Positions 20,924-34,369 are shown, numbered from the stretch's first letter. The stretch is DNA of 64,000 nucleotides from Candidatus Marinacidobacterales bacterium (GCA_965224085.1 CBDCYI010000005.1:768001-832000), one strand, 5' to 3'. Notes: generated by a model not told the origin, from the letters alone. Program-made: numbers and translations.

Positions 20924-22384
20924 CTAGTCGAGCTGATAGTTCGGAGCTTCTTTGGTGATAATGACATCGTGCACGTGGCTTTCACGATGACCCGCCGCGG
21001 TAATGCGCACGAAGCGCGCTTTTTTCTGCAAGTCCTCGATGCTACCCGCGCCGCAATAACCCATCCCGGAGCGGAGTCCCCCCACGAGTTGGTCGACGAC
21101 ACCATGCAGGGCACCTTTGTACGGCACCCGTCCCTCGATGCCTTCGGGTACGAGCTTCGAAGCTTCCACTTCCTGCTGGAAGTAGCGATCCTTGGTCGCG
21201 TCGCTCATGGCACCGAGCGATCCCATGCCCCGATAGGTCTTGAAGGTCCGGCCCTGGTAGAGAATCGTCTCGCCCGGGCTCTCGGCGGTGCCGGCAAAGA
21301 GGCTTCCGATCATGACGCTCTGCGCTCCTGCCGCAATCGCCTTGACGACGTCGCCGCTAAACTTAATCCCGCCATCGGCAATGAGAGGCGTGCCATGCTT
21401 CGCCGCGACCTCGGCGCAATCGAATATGGCCGTGATTTGCGGCATGCCCGCTCCTGAGACGATCCGCGTCGTGCAAATCGAGCCGGGTCCCATGCCGATT
21501 TTGACCGCGTCGACGCCGGCTCGGATCAAGTCTTCGGCCGCTTCGCCGGTCCCTACATTGCCGGCGATGATGCCGACGTCTCTGACCATGCCGCGAAGCC
21601 TCTCTACCGTTTCGAGAACCCCGCGGCTGTGGCCATGCGCCGTGTCCACGACGATGACGTCCACTTTGGAATCGATGAGGCGCTTCGCGCGCTCGATAGA
21701 ATCGTCACCCGTTCCTATGGCCGCGCCCACGAGCAGCCGTCCCAAGTCATCCTTGGCGGAGTTCGGGTACTTCATCGCCTTCTGGATGTCTTTGACGGTG
21801 ATGAGCCCTTTCAGCTGGTAGTCGTCATCCACGACGAGAAGCTTTTCTACCCTATGTTGGTGAAGCAGTGCCCGCGCCTCATCGAGGGTCGTACCGACAG
21901 GAACAGTGATGAGGTTTTCCTTCGTCATGACCTCCGAAATCGGAAGGTCGTGCCGCGACTCGAAGCGGAGGTCGCGGTTCGTGAGAATCCCGAGAAGCCG
22001 TCCCTCCTCAGTGATGGGAACGCCCGAGATGCGATATTTCGACATCACCGCCAAGGCGTCTTTGATGGGTCGGTCCGCCGTCATTGTGATCGGGTCCACG
22101 ATCATTCCGCTCTCGGAGCGTTTGACCTTGTCGACCTCGTCCGCTTGGACCTCCGCGGTGAGGTTACGGTGGATGACGCCGAGCCCGCCGAGCTGTGCTA
22201 CGGCGATGGCGAGCCCTGATTCGGTCACCGTGTCCATGCTCGCGCTCAAGATCGGGATCTTGAGGCGGATTTTCGCGGTGAGCTGGCTGGAGACGTCGAC
22301 CTGGGATGGAAGAACTTCGGACTTTTGCGGAATGAGAAGAACGTCTTCGAAAGTCAGGGCTTCTGGGAAATTCGGCGCGCTCAC
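20924..22384 (-). CDS. guaB: IMP dehydrogenase
   Basis: SMDTVTE, CBS pair, [22 protein letters not shown]. Confidence 0.97.
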   Translation of the reverse strand: MSAPNFPEALTFEDVLLIPQKSEVLPSQVDVSSQLTAKIRLKIPILSASMDTVTESGLAIAVAQLGGLGVIHRNLTAEVQADEVDKVKRSESGMIVDPITMTADRPIKDALAVMSKYRISGVPITEEGRLLGILTNRDLRFESRHDLPISEVMTKENLITVPVGTTLDEARALLHQHRVEKLLVVDDDYQLKGLITVKDIQKAMKYPNSAKDDLGRLLVGAAIGTGDDSIERAKRLIDSKVDVIVVDTAHGHSRGVLETVERLRGMVRDVGIIAGNVGTGEAAEDLIRAGVDAVKIGMGPGSICTTRIVSGAGMPQITAIFDCAEVAAKHGTPLIADGGIKFSGDVVKAIAAGAQSVMIGSLFAGTAESPGETILYQGRTFKTYRGMGSLGAMSDATKDRYFQQEVEASKLVPEGIEGRVPYKGALHGVVDQLVGGLRSGMGYCGAGSIEDLQKKARFVRITAAGHRESHVHDVIITKEAPNYQLD

Positions 22385-22420
22385 AATTTCCTTTTCATGT
22401 AATAGCAGTGGTTCGAAAAA

Positions 22421-25192
<2,772 letters not shown>

Positions 25193-25349
25193 AATTGAGT
25201 TTACGACCTAGTAAAATATCCCAGTCTAGCAGAGGGGTTTACGGCGGGCAAACCTTGCTGAGATCCAATCAAGGTTCGACACCTACTTCTTTCAAGAGCT
25301 CGCTCACGGGCAAACTCCCCCGTGAAAAAACACGTGACCGCGGCCGTAA

Positions 25350-26288
25350 CTAGGGCCCCGTGGCGGTGGCGATAGGTCGGTTTCTCGGGTCGAAGGAGCG
25401 GTAGTATTCAAGGATGTAGTCGAGTGGATGAACCGTCGTGTCATCGACCCAAACTTCGTAGTGGAGATGCGGGGCGCGACTGCGGCCGGTGTTCCCCACA
25501 TAGCCCACGACGTCGCCGCGTTTGACGCGGGCGCCGGCGCGGACGTTGAACTTGGACAAGTGCGCGTAGCGGGTCATCATCCCGAATTTGTGATCGATGA
25601 CCACGATGTTCCCATAGGTGCCCCGGCGCGCCGCATAGAGGATGATGCCATCCGCTGTGGCAACGACTGGCCGTCCCGTGGACGTCGAGATATCGATGCC
25701 GTAATGCATGGCGCGCTCGCGCGTGAACGGGTCATTGCGTTGGCCGTAGGTGGACGAAAAGTAGCCCCGAACGGGCCAAATCGACGGTGTCGAGGCGAGC
25801 ATCAGCGTGTTCTGCTGGTAGAAGCGCTCGAGGACACGACCGCGCTCCTCGAGGTGGGAGAGGTCGCCGCGCATGCGATCGAGCTCGTCCTTCACCTGCG
25901 CATAGGCGCTGGTTTTAGTCGAGAGATCTAAGTCCAAAGAGCCGCCGACGCCCGCATCCGTGAGCTGGGGCGTCTCATCGAGCCCGGCCATGACCGATAG
26001 CTTCATGACGAAGTCTTGCAGCGAGGCCACCTGCTCGTTCAGGTGCTCTACGGAGACTTCGTAATCGATGTTCTGCCGTTTGAGCTCGGTATTCGCCAAT
26101 CTGAGCTCACGAAGATCCGTAAGGCCTTGGTAGAAAGCAACATAGTGCGCCACCAGCACGCCGGTCGCGATCAGAGCCAAGCCAGCGAGAGCGGCAAACG
26201 CCTTCACTATCCCAGAAGAAAAGCGCCATTTGCGAAACTGCTCCCCCGTGTGCGGCACGAGCATCACCGTATATAACTGTTTCATCAT
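25350..26288 (-). CDS. M23 family metallopeptidase
   Basis: TM helix plus coiled coil, TPSIWP, HYGID, YAHL, HLHYEV. Confidence 0.92.
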   Translation of the reverse strand: MMKQLYTVMLVPHTGEQFRKWRFSSGIVKAFAALAGLALIATGVLVAHYVAFYQGLTDLRELRLANTELKRQNIDYEVSVEHLNEQVASLQDFVMKLSVMAGLDETPQLTDAGVGGSLDLDLSTKTSAYAQVKDELDRMRGDLSHLEERGRVLERFYQQNTLMLASTPSIWPVRGYFSSTYGQRNDPFTRERAMHYGIDISTSTGRPVVATADGIILYAARRGTYGNIVVIDHKFGMMTRYAHLSKFNVRAGARVKRGDVVGYVGNTGRSRAPHLHYEVWVDDTTVHPLDYILEYYRSFDPRNRPIATATGP

Positions 26289-26470
26289 AACGGACTCGGT
26301 TGGATAAGACCGTGCAAGGTATTTTCTTATGAAAGTGACTTCCATCTCGAGATAGCGATGAAAGATCACCTTAGCCAGAAAGCGGCAAGAAACTACTACG
26401 GGATGATACTGGTGTCAAGTATAACAGGGGTGTAGGGGTTTTTAAACCGTTGGGGCGCAGCGGGTTGGAC

Positions 26471-27829
26471 TCAGCGAATGTAGCCGAGAGCCCGAAGTTC
26501 GCGTAGAACTTCTTCATCCACAGGACTTTCGCGAGTCCCCCCCTCTCGCGAGCCGGTATCGTGGGAAGCGATGAAAGTTACAGGGCGAAAAGCCAACAGT
26601 TTCCGGTCGAGAGCTTCCGTAAGCACGCGGCCGTCCATATCACGCCCCTGGGGAAGCCCCATCAGATACAGCGCCGTCGGCGCCACGTCGAAAAGCGACG
26701 GCATCTCGAGACGCACGCCGGCTCGTACGGGCCCTCCCCAGAGAAATATCACGCCGGGAGTCTCCCGGACCCCCCCGCGGCCGTCGTCGTAGTGGTTGAA
26801 GCCGTAGTTGCGAAATTGAAAGCCGTGATCGGACAGCACGATGAGCACCGTGTCCGATTCCATGCGCTCCATCAACCGACCCAAACGCGCATCCTCGTGT
26901 ACGTAGACGGGCTCGAGCACCCGCGCATAGGCTTCATCCATCGTGCTCGAGATAGCCTGGGTCACGGGCTTGCCTTCTCCGCGAAGCTCGTCCCACACGC
27001 GCTGCGCGACGCGCCGCTCGATGAATCGCCACATGAAATGCGTGTAGACGTCAGCCGTCCGGAAGAGTGCGGCGACGAGATCCGCTTGCCCGCGTGTCTC
27101 TAGCAGGTGAGTCAAGCTCCGCTCCGTGATCATGTCGTCGTTGAAGACACCGGCGGCCGTCTGGAAACGCGCTCGAAAATTGGTCGAGGGCATGAAGGCG
27201 CTATCCGCGAGCTCCCGAGAGAAGACCGGCATCCCCGCCGCCGCGAGCTCCGCATGGGCTGCCTCCCGCCCGGGAAGCCCCAGTGCTTCAAGCTCGACCG
27301 CGAGCTCCTCCGGGTAAGTCACTTCCGCGATGTCTTCGTGGAGCGAGCGCGGAAAATGATTGGAGACGATCTCGCCTATCACTTCTTCCGCAGGCCACGT
27401 CGCCCACCAATTGAGGATCTGCACTGATTGGTTCGCGGTTGTCGCGATGTTCCAAAACGCTTCGGTGCCACGCGACTGGCCAGAGGCCAGCACTTTGCGC
27501 TGTCCGTCTTCGGAGAGCAGCTGCCAATCCACAATGCCGTGCTTTTCCATCCGTTTACCGGTCGCGACCGAAGTCCAGAGTACGACCGACTTCGTCGGCT
27601 TGAACGTCTGGCACGCAGAGAAAGCACCTTCGTCGATGAGCTTCTGAAAGTTCGGGAGCTTGCCTTGCGAGAGAAAATAGTCGAGGAACTCGGGGTCCAT
27701 CCCGTCGAAACCAAAGATCGCGACCTTGTAAGAGGACGCGTCCGCGGAATCGGTAGCATCAGGCGTCCTTCCACCCAGGAGAACGACGAGTGTCACAACG
27801 ATCGCGGTTCCCAAAATCCACAAGCGCAT
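26471..27829 (-). CDS. alkaline phosphatase superfamily / nucleotide pyrophosphatase-phosphodiesterase
   Basis: GFDGMD, WTSVATG, SDHGF, DVAPT, LRALGYI. Confidence 0.85.
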   Translation of the reverse strand: MRLWILGTAIVVTLVVLLGGRTPDATDSADASSYKVAIFGFDGMDPEFLDYFLSQGKLPNFQKLIDEGAFSACQTFKPTKSVVLWTSVATGKRMEKHGIVDWQLLSEDGQRKVLASGQSRGTEAFWNIATTANQSVQILNWWATWPAEEVIGEIVSNHFPRSLHEDIAEVTYPEELAVELEALGLPGREAAHAELAAAGMPVFSRELADSAFMPSTNFRARFQTAAGVFNDDMITERSLTHLLETRGQADLVAALFRTADVYTHFMWRFIERRVAQRVWDELRGEGKPVTQAISSTMDEAYARVLEPVYVHEDARLGRLMERMESDTVLIVLSDHGFQFRNYGFNHYDDGRGGVRETPGVIFLWGGPVRAGVRLEMPSLFDVAPTALYLMGLPQGRDMDGRVLTEALDRKLLAFRPVTFIASHDTGSREGGTRESPVDEEVLRELRALGYIR

Positions 27830-27839
27830 CACGGTCTTT

Positions 27840-28214
27840 TCACTCTAGCTCACGAAGGTCCATCGTCGGAACATCTTCGAGATCCCACGTCACGCTCTTC
27901 CCAGCCCGTGCTTGCTCCGACTTCTCGAGACAACGCAACGCTGTCGTGACGAGCGCCGCGACGTCGAGACTTCGGCTCTCAGGCGCGAAAGGCTCGAGCC
28001 GCGCGATGCCGCGCGACAAAAGATGGACGGCGCCGGGATGGTTCCCGGCCGCAACATGGTAGAACCCGACCGAGATCTCGATGAGCGCTTTGAGAAATGA
28101 ACGGTCATCCCCCCGGGCGTCGTTCCAAGCTTCTTCGAGCAAGTCGTGGCATTCGAAATACAGCTTGTCGTTGAACAAGCCCGCCGCCTCGCGCATTACT
28201 CGCTGGTCAACCAC
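27840..28214 (-). CDS. DUF309 family protein
   Basis: LFN...YFECHDLLEEAW motif. Confidence 0.85.
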   Translation of the reverse strand: MVDQRVMREAAGLFNDKLYFECHDLLEEAWNDARGDDRSFLKALIEISVGFYHVAAGNHPGAVHLLSRGIARLEPFAPESRSLDVAALVTTALRCLEKSEQARAGKSVTWDLEDVPTMDLRELE

Positions 28215-28637
28215 CCTGGGCCGCTGTCTCCGCTCCCACGATACATCACGGCTTCAGGTTGATGTTTTGTAGCATGAGCTGCGGTTCTAGGAAACAAGCT
28301 GCGGCTGTGGGAGGCTGAGTTGCGATTCTAACGCATGGGCGACCTGTCAGTCATCATTATTGATCCGGACGGGCTGCACAGGCCATGCTCGAAAGCGACG
28401 GACGACGAGAGCGTGGTCGACACGCGAGAGGACGTCTTTCGGTGACGAGTTTTACGGGAATGACACCTTTCCCTGCCCTTGCCGTTGATGCTGTTCGGGT
28501 CGTGTCTGGCTTGTTCTTCCGCAGTGATCGGCAGACTCTTTTTGAAGCGAATCAGGTATCAAAACTCACAATTTTGAGAGTTCTCGCAATCTCCTTGAGA
28601 AAAACAGTTCCTGAGTTTGCCAGGAGGAAGACGAGCA

Positions 28638-29237
28638 TCAGGTCTGCTCGAAAATGAGGATGGGGCAGACATAAAAACACGTTTGAGTATGAGATAGAGT
28701 TCTAACCAAACACTGAAAAAAGTTATGGGAAACCGGGCAGCTGCTCTGAAGAAAACGATATCTTGCGAGAAAAAGAAATTGGTTGCTCAAATAGGACCAA
28801 GAAATGAACCACCCCAGCAGAATAAGTTCTGAGTCACCGAAAAGACTGCCAAACCCGGAGTGTCTCACTGCATAAATCGACATTCCAACGAGGGCTAAAG
28901 AACGGCCAATGGAATCGCAAAACTGGTCAAGGTAGCCACCCGGTCCATCGAATGTTCCCCTGAGTTTGGCAAGCTTGCCGTCAATCCCGTCAAGAAGAAT
29001 CCCAAATTCAAATAAAAGGACCCCGATTACCCCGATACCCAGTGGAGAGAGGGGCTCAAAAACAAAAATAAGAGCTCCGCTCAGGAAAGAAATAAGACCC
29101 AATAGCGTTACGAATTTTGAAGTAAGCCAGGTCTTGAAAAACAGAGGAGCCAAGAAAGTGGATAGGGGATCGTTCAGATAGATATCAACCAAGTTAGTTA
29201 TGACTGAATCTTCATATTTTTGCTTGCTGATTTGCAT
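28638..29237 (-). CDS. CDP-alcohol phosphatidyltransferase family protein (AT-rich, possibly degenerate C-terminus)
   Basis: DGIDGKLAK...GGYLDQFCD signature; AT-rich codon usage unlike the flanks. Confidence 0.75.
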   Translation of the reverse strand: MQISKQKYEDSVITNLVDIYLNDPLSTFLAPLFFKTWLTSKFVTLLGLISFLSGALIFVFEPLSPLGIGVIGVLLFEFGILLDGIDGKLAKLRGTFDGPGGYLDQFCDSIGRSLALVGMSIYAVRHSGFGSLFGDSELILLGWFISWSYLSNQFLFLARYRFLQSSCPVSHNFFQCLVRTLSHTQTCFYVCPILIFEQT

Positions 29238-29632
29238 TTCGTCAGTGCTTCAAACCGATCGGACCCGTACAGAGGGGTTTTTCGCCGCTGTTGAAAATAG
29301 GTCAACAGCCCCCGAATGAAAGAGCTGATTTACCTCACGGTGGTTTCTCCGCAATCAAAACGATCTCCTCGCCGACGCGTCTCGAGAGCGGGCGTAGAAG
29401 TTGCTCGACGAGTCCGAAGGCCAAGCCCTGGAGCTTCAGTGCCGGCGTAAGGTACGTTGCGAATAGCATTTGGAAATCGTCCACGTGCCCAGCGATATGG
29501 CCGCGGCCGGTCAAGTCGTTCAGCCGGAGCAGTTCGGGACGGCTGTCACGCCCCGCTAGCCGCGAAAACCTCGCTCGTAGAAGTGCCTCAAGGGAGTTGA
29601 ACCCGCGCCAGGCAGAGACTTCGCCTGGCGTA

Positions 29633-29649
29633 ATAACATCGGTTATACT
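29633..29649 (+). promoter_or_regulatory. putative TA operator overlapping a -10 box
   Basis: Perfect inverted repeat ATAAC-ATCG-GTTAT overlapping TATACT, ~20 nt upstream of the antitoxin start. Confidence 0.55.
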
Positions 29650-29665
29650 CAGGTGTGGAGGTTCT

Positions 29666-29890
29666 ATGGCTTCCGTGAAAGTTGTCGCAGTGGGAAATTC
29701 GACCGGGATTATCTTGCCGAAGGAAATCGTGCAACGCCTGCGCGTCGAGAAGGGCGATATGCTGTATTTGGTGGAGACGCCCGACGGGATCGAGCTGACG
29801 CCCTACGATCGCGAGTTCGCCGAGCAGATGGAGGCGGCGGAGAACATCATGCGCGAGGATCGTGACGTGCTGAAGAAGCTCGCCGAGTAG
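29666..29890 (+). CDS. AbrB/MazE-family antitoxin
   Basis: VGNSTGIILPKE...GD.L; GGAGG RBS; directly upstream of the Doc toxin. Confidence 0.9.
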   Translation: MASVKVVAVGNSTGIILPKEIVQRLRVEKGDMLYLVETPDGIELTPYDREFAEQMEAAENIMREDRDVLKKLAE

Positions 29891-29893
29891 CAC

Positions 29894-30283
29894 TTGCCCG
29901 ACGAGCCGGTCTGGATTCGAGACGATGTCGTCCGCGCCATCCACAGGCGGCAGCTCGCCGAGCACGGCGGGAGCGAGGGTGTTCGCGACGCCGGTTTACT
30001 CGACTCCGCGCTGGCACGACCGAAGAACCTGTTCGCCTATGCGGACGCCGCACCCGAGCTGGCGGCGCTCGCCGCGGCCTATGCGATCGGGATCATCAAA
30101 AACCATCCTTTCGTCGATGGCAACAAGCGGACCGCGTTCGTCGTGTCGCGCACGTTCCTCGTCTTGAACGGAGTGGACATCGATGCGACGAAGGAAGAGA
30201 AATACCGGACTTTCATGAAGGCGGCTGCGGGGATGCTCACCCAGGACGAACTCGCGGACTGGTTTCGCGTGCACTCGGTCTGA
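29894..30283 (+). CDS. doc: Fic/Doc family death-on-curing toxin
   Basis: HGG..GVRD.GLLDSALARP and HPFVDGNKRT. Confidence 0.92.
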   Translation: MPDEPVWIRDDVVRAIHRRQLAEHGGSEGVRDAGLLDSALARPKNLFAYADAAPELAALAAAYAIGIIKNHPFVDGNKRTAFVVSRTFLVLNGVDIDATKEEKYRTFMKAAAGMLTQDELADWFRVHSV

Positions 30284-30451
30284 GTACGTTCCGAGACCGT
30301 CTACCTAGGTATCGGCTCCACCCTATAGACAGGGACCCGGTGGCGGATGCGGGTGTAGTGCTCGGACCGCCCCCCGGCGGCCGGGAATTAATTAATTACG
30401 TAGTAAAAGACGTAACCGTAGCCGTACGTGCCGGCGTAGACGTTTGGTCCA

Positions 30452-31879
30452 TCATCCATTGCCGTTTTCTCCGCTCGCACGATAGACCACAGCTTCCTGA
30501 AGATGCGGCGGCTCGATCGTCTCGGTTTCGGCGAGATCGGCGATCGTTCGTGAGACTTTCAGAATCCGGTGGAAAGCGCGCGCTGACAGACCGAGACGAT
30601 CGACGGCTCGTTTCAGAATAGCCACGCCGCTCGGCTCGAGCGCGCAGTAGCGTGCGATCTGGCGGGGCGTCATGGCGGCATTCAGCTTCGCCCGACCTCG
30701 GCGAAAGCGCCGCTCCTGCGCGCGGCGCGCCCTCACGACCCGGCGCCTCACGTCGTGAGAGCTTTCCCCCGTCCCCCGTCGCAAAAGGTCGTCCGATGAG
30801 AGCGTGCGTACGGGAACGCGAAGGTCGACGCGATCGAGCAGCGGCCCCGAAATGCGAGCTTGGTATCGACGCACCATGCCCGGCGTGCACTGGCATGGCC
30901 GCGCCTCCGCGTCCCGATAGCCGCAGGGACAAGGATTCATCGCGGCGACGAGCGTGAACCGGGCCGGCAGCGAAGCGACCCGTTCGACGCGTCGGATACG
31001 AACGCGTCCGTCCTCGAGCGGCTGGCGCAACGACTCGAGGGCAGAGCGTGAGAATTCAGGGAGCTCGTCGAGAAACAAGACGCCGCGATGCGCCAAGCTC
31101 GCTTCGCCCGGCGTGAGCCTGCTCCCGCCTCCCACCATCGCCGCGGTAGAGAGCGTGTGGTGAGGTGAGCGGAGGGCGGCGCTTCGACGAGCGCGCCGTC
31201 GTCGAGAAGGCCGGCGACCGAGTGGATCTTCGTGACTTCGAGCGCTTCCGCGGGCAAGAGCGGCGGAAGAATCGACGGCATTCGCATCGCTAGAAGACTC
31301 TTGCCCGCTCCCGGCGGGCCGGACAACAAGAGGTTGTGGCCGCCCGCCGCAGCGACCTCGAGGGCGCGCTTCGCATGACGCTGCCCTTTGACGTCGGACA
31401 GATCGAGTGCTACGGACGGGCGCTGACGGCTGCGCGTCGCTGTTCTCGGATGAAGCTTTTCGGCTGACAGAAACTCCACGGCCTCTCGCAAGCTCGAAGC
31501 GGAGTACACCTCCGCAGCCTTTACGAGGCAAGCTTCGGCCAAGTTGTCTTCGGGCACGACGATGCGGGACACGCCTTCCTGCACCGCCTGCGAGACGATC
31601 GGCAGAACCCCGCGAACGCGTCGCAAGTCGCCGTTTAAGGCGAGCTCACCGAGAAAAGCGTGTCGCCGAGCCGCCCCGGCGGACCGTAATAGCAGCCTCG
31701 CACTTCCAGAACCCGCTATTCGCGAGTGCCGAGCGCACGCGTACTTGCGCCTCGCGCACGGCCGCATCGGGGAGCCCAACCATACGAAACGCGGTAAGCC
31801 CCGAGCCGAGATCGACCTCGACCCGGATCACGAGCCCGTCGACACCGGTGACGGCGCCGGAATACGTCTTAGCCAACAT
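30452..31879 (-). pseudogene. comM: YifB/ComM Mg-chelatase-like AAA+ ATPase, internal deletion (~31700) and frameshift (~31165)
   Basis: VGLPDAAVRE, GELALNG, GPPGAGKS, SPHHT, LFLDELPEF, AAMNPCPCG are spread over three frames. Confidence 0.88.
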
Positions 31880-32041
31880 GATGACTATGGACGAGTTCCG
31901 GTCGGTGAATCCTCTGTCTCGCTTCCGCATTTTGTGAAACTCACGCGTTTAGGTTAAGTTCGGGACGGAGACCGAGACACGCACAAGCACAGCAGCGACC
32001 CGATCGGGTCCGGATTCACGTGGAGATAGAAGAAAAACGCG

Positions 32042-32458
32042 ATGACGGTCCTGCGTCGGTTCGTGGGCGCCCTTTTTGCCGCCGGAGTGCTGGGAATCGG
32101 CATCGAGCTTTGCCTCCTCGGCCATACAGAAGATCGCTGGCAGCTCGTTCCGCTGGTGCTGCTCGGGCTCGGGCTACTCGCGCAGATTTGGCTCGTTTGG
32201 CGCACAAGCGCCGCGAGCGTTCGCGCGTTCCGATCCCTGATGCTTTTATTCGTGCTCAGTGGTTTCGTGGGCCTCTACTTGCACTACAGCGCCAATGTCG
32301 AGTTCGAGCTCGAGATGTATCCGTCGCTCAGAGGACTGAACCTGGTTCGGGAAGCTTTGACCGGCGCGCTGCCGGCGCTCGCTCCCGCGACCATGATGCA
32401 TCTCGGGTTCTTGGGATTGGCGTCTACTTACCGATATCCGAAAGGAGTTACACCATGA
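32042..32458 (+). CDS. hypothetical membrane protein
   Basis: About four hydrophobic helices; ATGA overlap with the next gene. Confidence 0.7.
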   Translation: MTVLRRFVGALFAAGVLGIGIELCLLGHTEDRWQLVPLVLLGLGLLAQIWLVWRTSAASVRAFRSLMLLFVLSGFVGLYLHYSANVEFELEMYPSLRGLNLVREALTGALPALAPATMMHLGFLGLASTYRYPKGVTP

Positions 32459-33099
32459 AAATAAAAGCTTCGCTTGGGTTCGCCATAGCGCTACTCGTCG
32501 CCTTTACCGCCGTGCATGGCGTCGCCCAGGTCGGTAAGAACGACGATGTGGTTAATCCGAACCTCGCCGGGAAAGACGAGCTCCTTCGCCTGGTACATCT
32601 CGACGAGACCCTGGTCGAGTCGATCCTCGAGCGACGTCCGTCCATCGGCATGCTCGATCTCCACGGACTTCTGAAGCAAACCTTGAGCGAGGAAGCGCTC
32701 GAGCAGCTCTACGCGCAACTATTCGTCCCGATCGATCTCAACACGGCGAGCCGTGAAGAGATCCTTCTCGTCCCCGGTGTCGGCCCCCGAATGGCCCACG
32801 AGTTCGAAGAATACCGCCCCTATCAGGCCATGGCGCAATTCCGGCGAGAGATGGGCAAATATGTCGACGACGACGAGGTCGCGCGAATGGAGCAGTACGT
32901 TTTCGTCCCCATCGATCTCAACGCGGCCAGCGAGGAAGACATTCTCACCATTCCGGGTGTCGGGCAACGCATGCTTCATGAGTTCATGGAGTACCGTCCC
33001 TACCGCAGCATCGCACAATTCCGGCGCGAGATCGGCAAGTATGTCGACGACGACGAGCTGAACCGCCTCGCGCGCTATGTGACGCTTCGAACCGAGTGA
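32455..33099 (+). CDS. exported helix-hairpin-helix protein (ComEA/PsbU-like)
   Basis: Signal peptide; two ~60-aa repeats IDLN.AS.E.IL..PGVG. Confidence 0.8.
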   Translation: MKIKASLGFAIALLVAFTAVHGVAQVGKNDDVVNPNLAGKDELLRLVHLDETLVESILERRPSIGMLDLHGLLKQTLSEEALEQLYAQLFVPIDLNTASREEILLVPGVGPRMAHEFEEYRPYQAMAQFRREMGKYVDDDEVARMEQYVFVPIDLNAASEEDILTIPGVGQRMLHEFMEYRPYRSIAQFRREIGKYVDDDELNRLARYVTLRTE

Positions 33100-33278
33100 C
33101 GGACTGTCGAAGGCGCTTTGTTAGATAGGCCTCGCGCGCCACAGCCCGAGCGGTTCTTCTCTCCGTCGTCTCAGTGACATTCCGGCGACGCCCTGTACGC
33201 TTGCCGAAGCATCAGTGCAGCGAAAGCGTGTGTTGCGGGAAGAGTCGGTAGGAAATGTCTGTGTACAAGGCCTCATCC

Positions 33279-33346
33279 CGCGCCTCTGGCGCGAGGCCAG
33301 CATCCTCTCGCGCCTTTGGCGCGAGTCAGTCAGATCGTCTCGCGCC
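33279..33346. repeat. three ~30-bp-spaced CGCGCC-containing repeats, two forming hairpins
   Basis: CGCGCC-TCT-GGCGCG (33279-33293), CTCGCGCC-TTT-GGCGCGAG (33307-33325), half-site TCTCGCGCC (33338-33346). Confidence 0.7.
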
Positions 33347-33511
33347 GGCAAGAAGAGGGTGAACCTGCTGTGCGACAATAGTGAGCCCCAGCCGCTACAA
33401 ACGACCGGGGCTCTGATGTTTGGATGGCCCCCGGAGGAGGCGCTCCACTACAAGTTGAAGCTAGCCTCTCACATCCGGGCGGCCATCGTCCAGCACTTTG
33501 CTGAGTTCCGA

Positions 33512-33925
33512 ATGGCCACCAAACCTGTCGTTCTTCTCCGGCTTTTCTGCCGCAACAAAAGCTGTGGGATGCCTTTCTTCATCTGCAAGTCATGTTACCA
33601 GGGACAGTGCTACTGCGGTCCAACCTGCCGTGACGAAACCCGGCGAGAGAACCAGCGCGAAAATAACCGAAATTACCAGAAAGGTTTCAACTCACGAAAA
33701 CTCCACGCGGCTCGGCAACAGAATTATCGTCTACGCCAGGCGGCGAAAATAGTGACGGAGCAAGGGTTCATTCACCCCAGTAATTCTGGCAGTCTAGGAG
33801 TTCGTGAAATTCAAGCTAGTGGCCCGATGGCTCATTCAATGAAAACGAAGATTGACAGTATCAGATATGCCAAATGCTGTATCTGCGGCCGACGCGGGAG
33901 GCTAAAGGATGTCGAAGCTGGGTAA
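33512..33925 (+). CDS. Cys-rich putative Zn-binding passenger protein
   Basis: CRNKSC...ICKSCYQGQCYCGPTC, basic helix HAARQQNYRLRQ, C-terminal CCICG; resembles small proteins I recall beside IS21/DDE-type transposases. Confidence 0.7.
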   Translation: MATKPVVLLRLFCRNKSCGMPFFICKSCYQGQCYCGPTCRDETRRENQRENNRNYQKGFNSRKLHAARQQNYRLRQAAKIVTEQGFIHPSNSGSLGVREIQASGPMAHSMKTKIDSIRYAKCCICGRRGRLKDVEAG

Positions 33926-34325
33926 TGAACCGCTCACGAGCGATGCTCTGACAGAAAACAATTACGTCCGGACGATTTTGGACCTCTATCTTTCCATTCC
34001 GAACACACCTGAGCGGCCACGGCGCGACGACCGCTTCATCGCGACGCAGCTCTACCGCCAAGGAGTCCCGTTACACGAATTCGAGTGTGCCCTACTTCTG
34101 GGTTGCGCTCGTAGGGAGCTACAAGAACATGAGGAGCCACTGCAGCCCATTCGCTCCCTTCGTTATTTTTCACCTGTGCTCCAGGAAGTGCAAAGTCAAT
34201 ATCTAGACCCGCCTTATGTTCTTTACATTCGAGAAAAACTCTCGGACGTGCTTCGCCCGAAACTACCGAGAAAAAACCGAGCACGAACTCGTGGCATCGC
34301 GCGACAACTCCGATTGCCATGGTAG
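33909..34325 (+). CDS. hypothetical passenger protein
   Basis: Overlaps the previous gene; YVRTILDLY..P.TP.RPRRDDR..A.QLY.QGVP...IRSLRYF.PV..EV pattern recalled from transposon-associated proteins. Confidence 0.7.
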   Translation: MSKLGNEPLTSDALTENNYVRTILDLYLSIPNTPERPRRDDRFIATQLYRQGVPLHEFECALLLGCARRELQEHEEPLQPIRSLRYFSPVLQEVQSQYLDPPYVLYIREKLSDVLRPKLPRKNRARTRGIARQLRLPW

Positions 34326-34369
34326 AGCAAATATCACGATGAGCTTGGACTATTTTCGATTTCGTCAGC

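Noticed and set aside
25265-25345. GGTTCGAC T-loop-like motif as a tRNA
   Set aside because: No cloverleaf or acceptor stem could be built
30385-30418. AT-rich palindromic patch AATTAATTAATT / TTACGT...ACGTAA
   Set aside because: Odd for this genome, but no function can be assigned from one copy
33215-33511. 99-codon N-terminal extension of the Cys-rich ORF
   Set aside because: It runs through the hairpin repeats and looks non-coding; ATG 33512 just before the Cys motifs is more plausible
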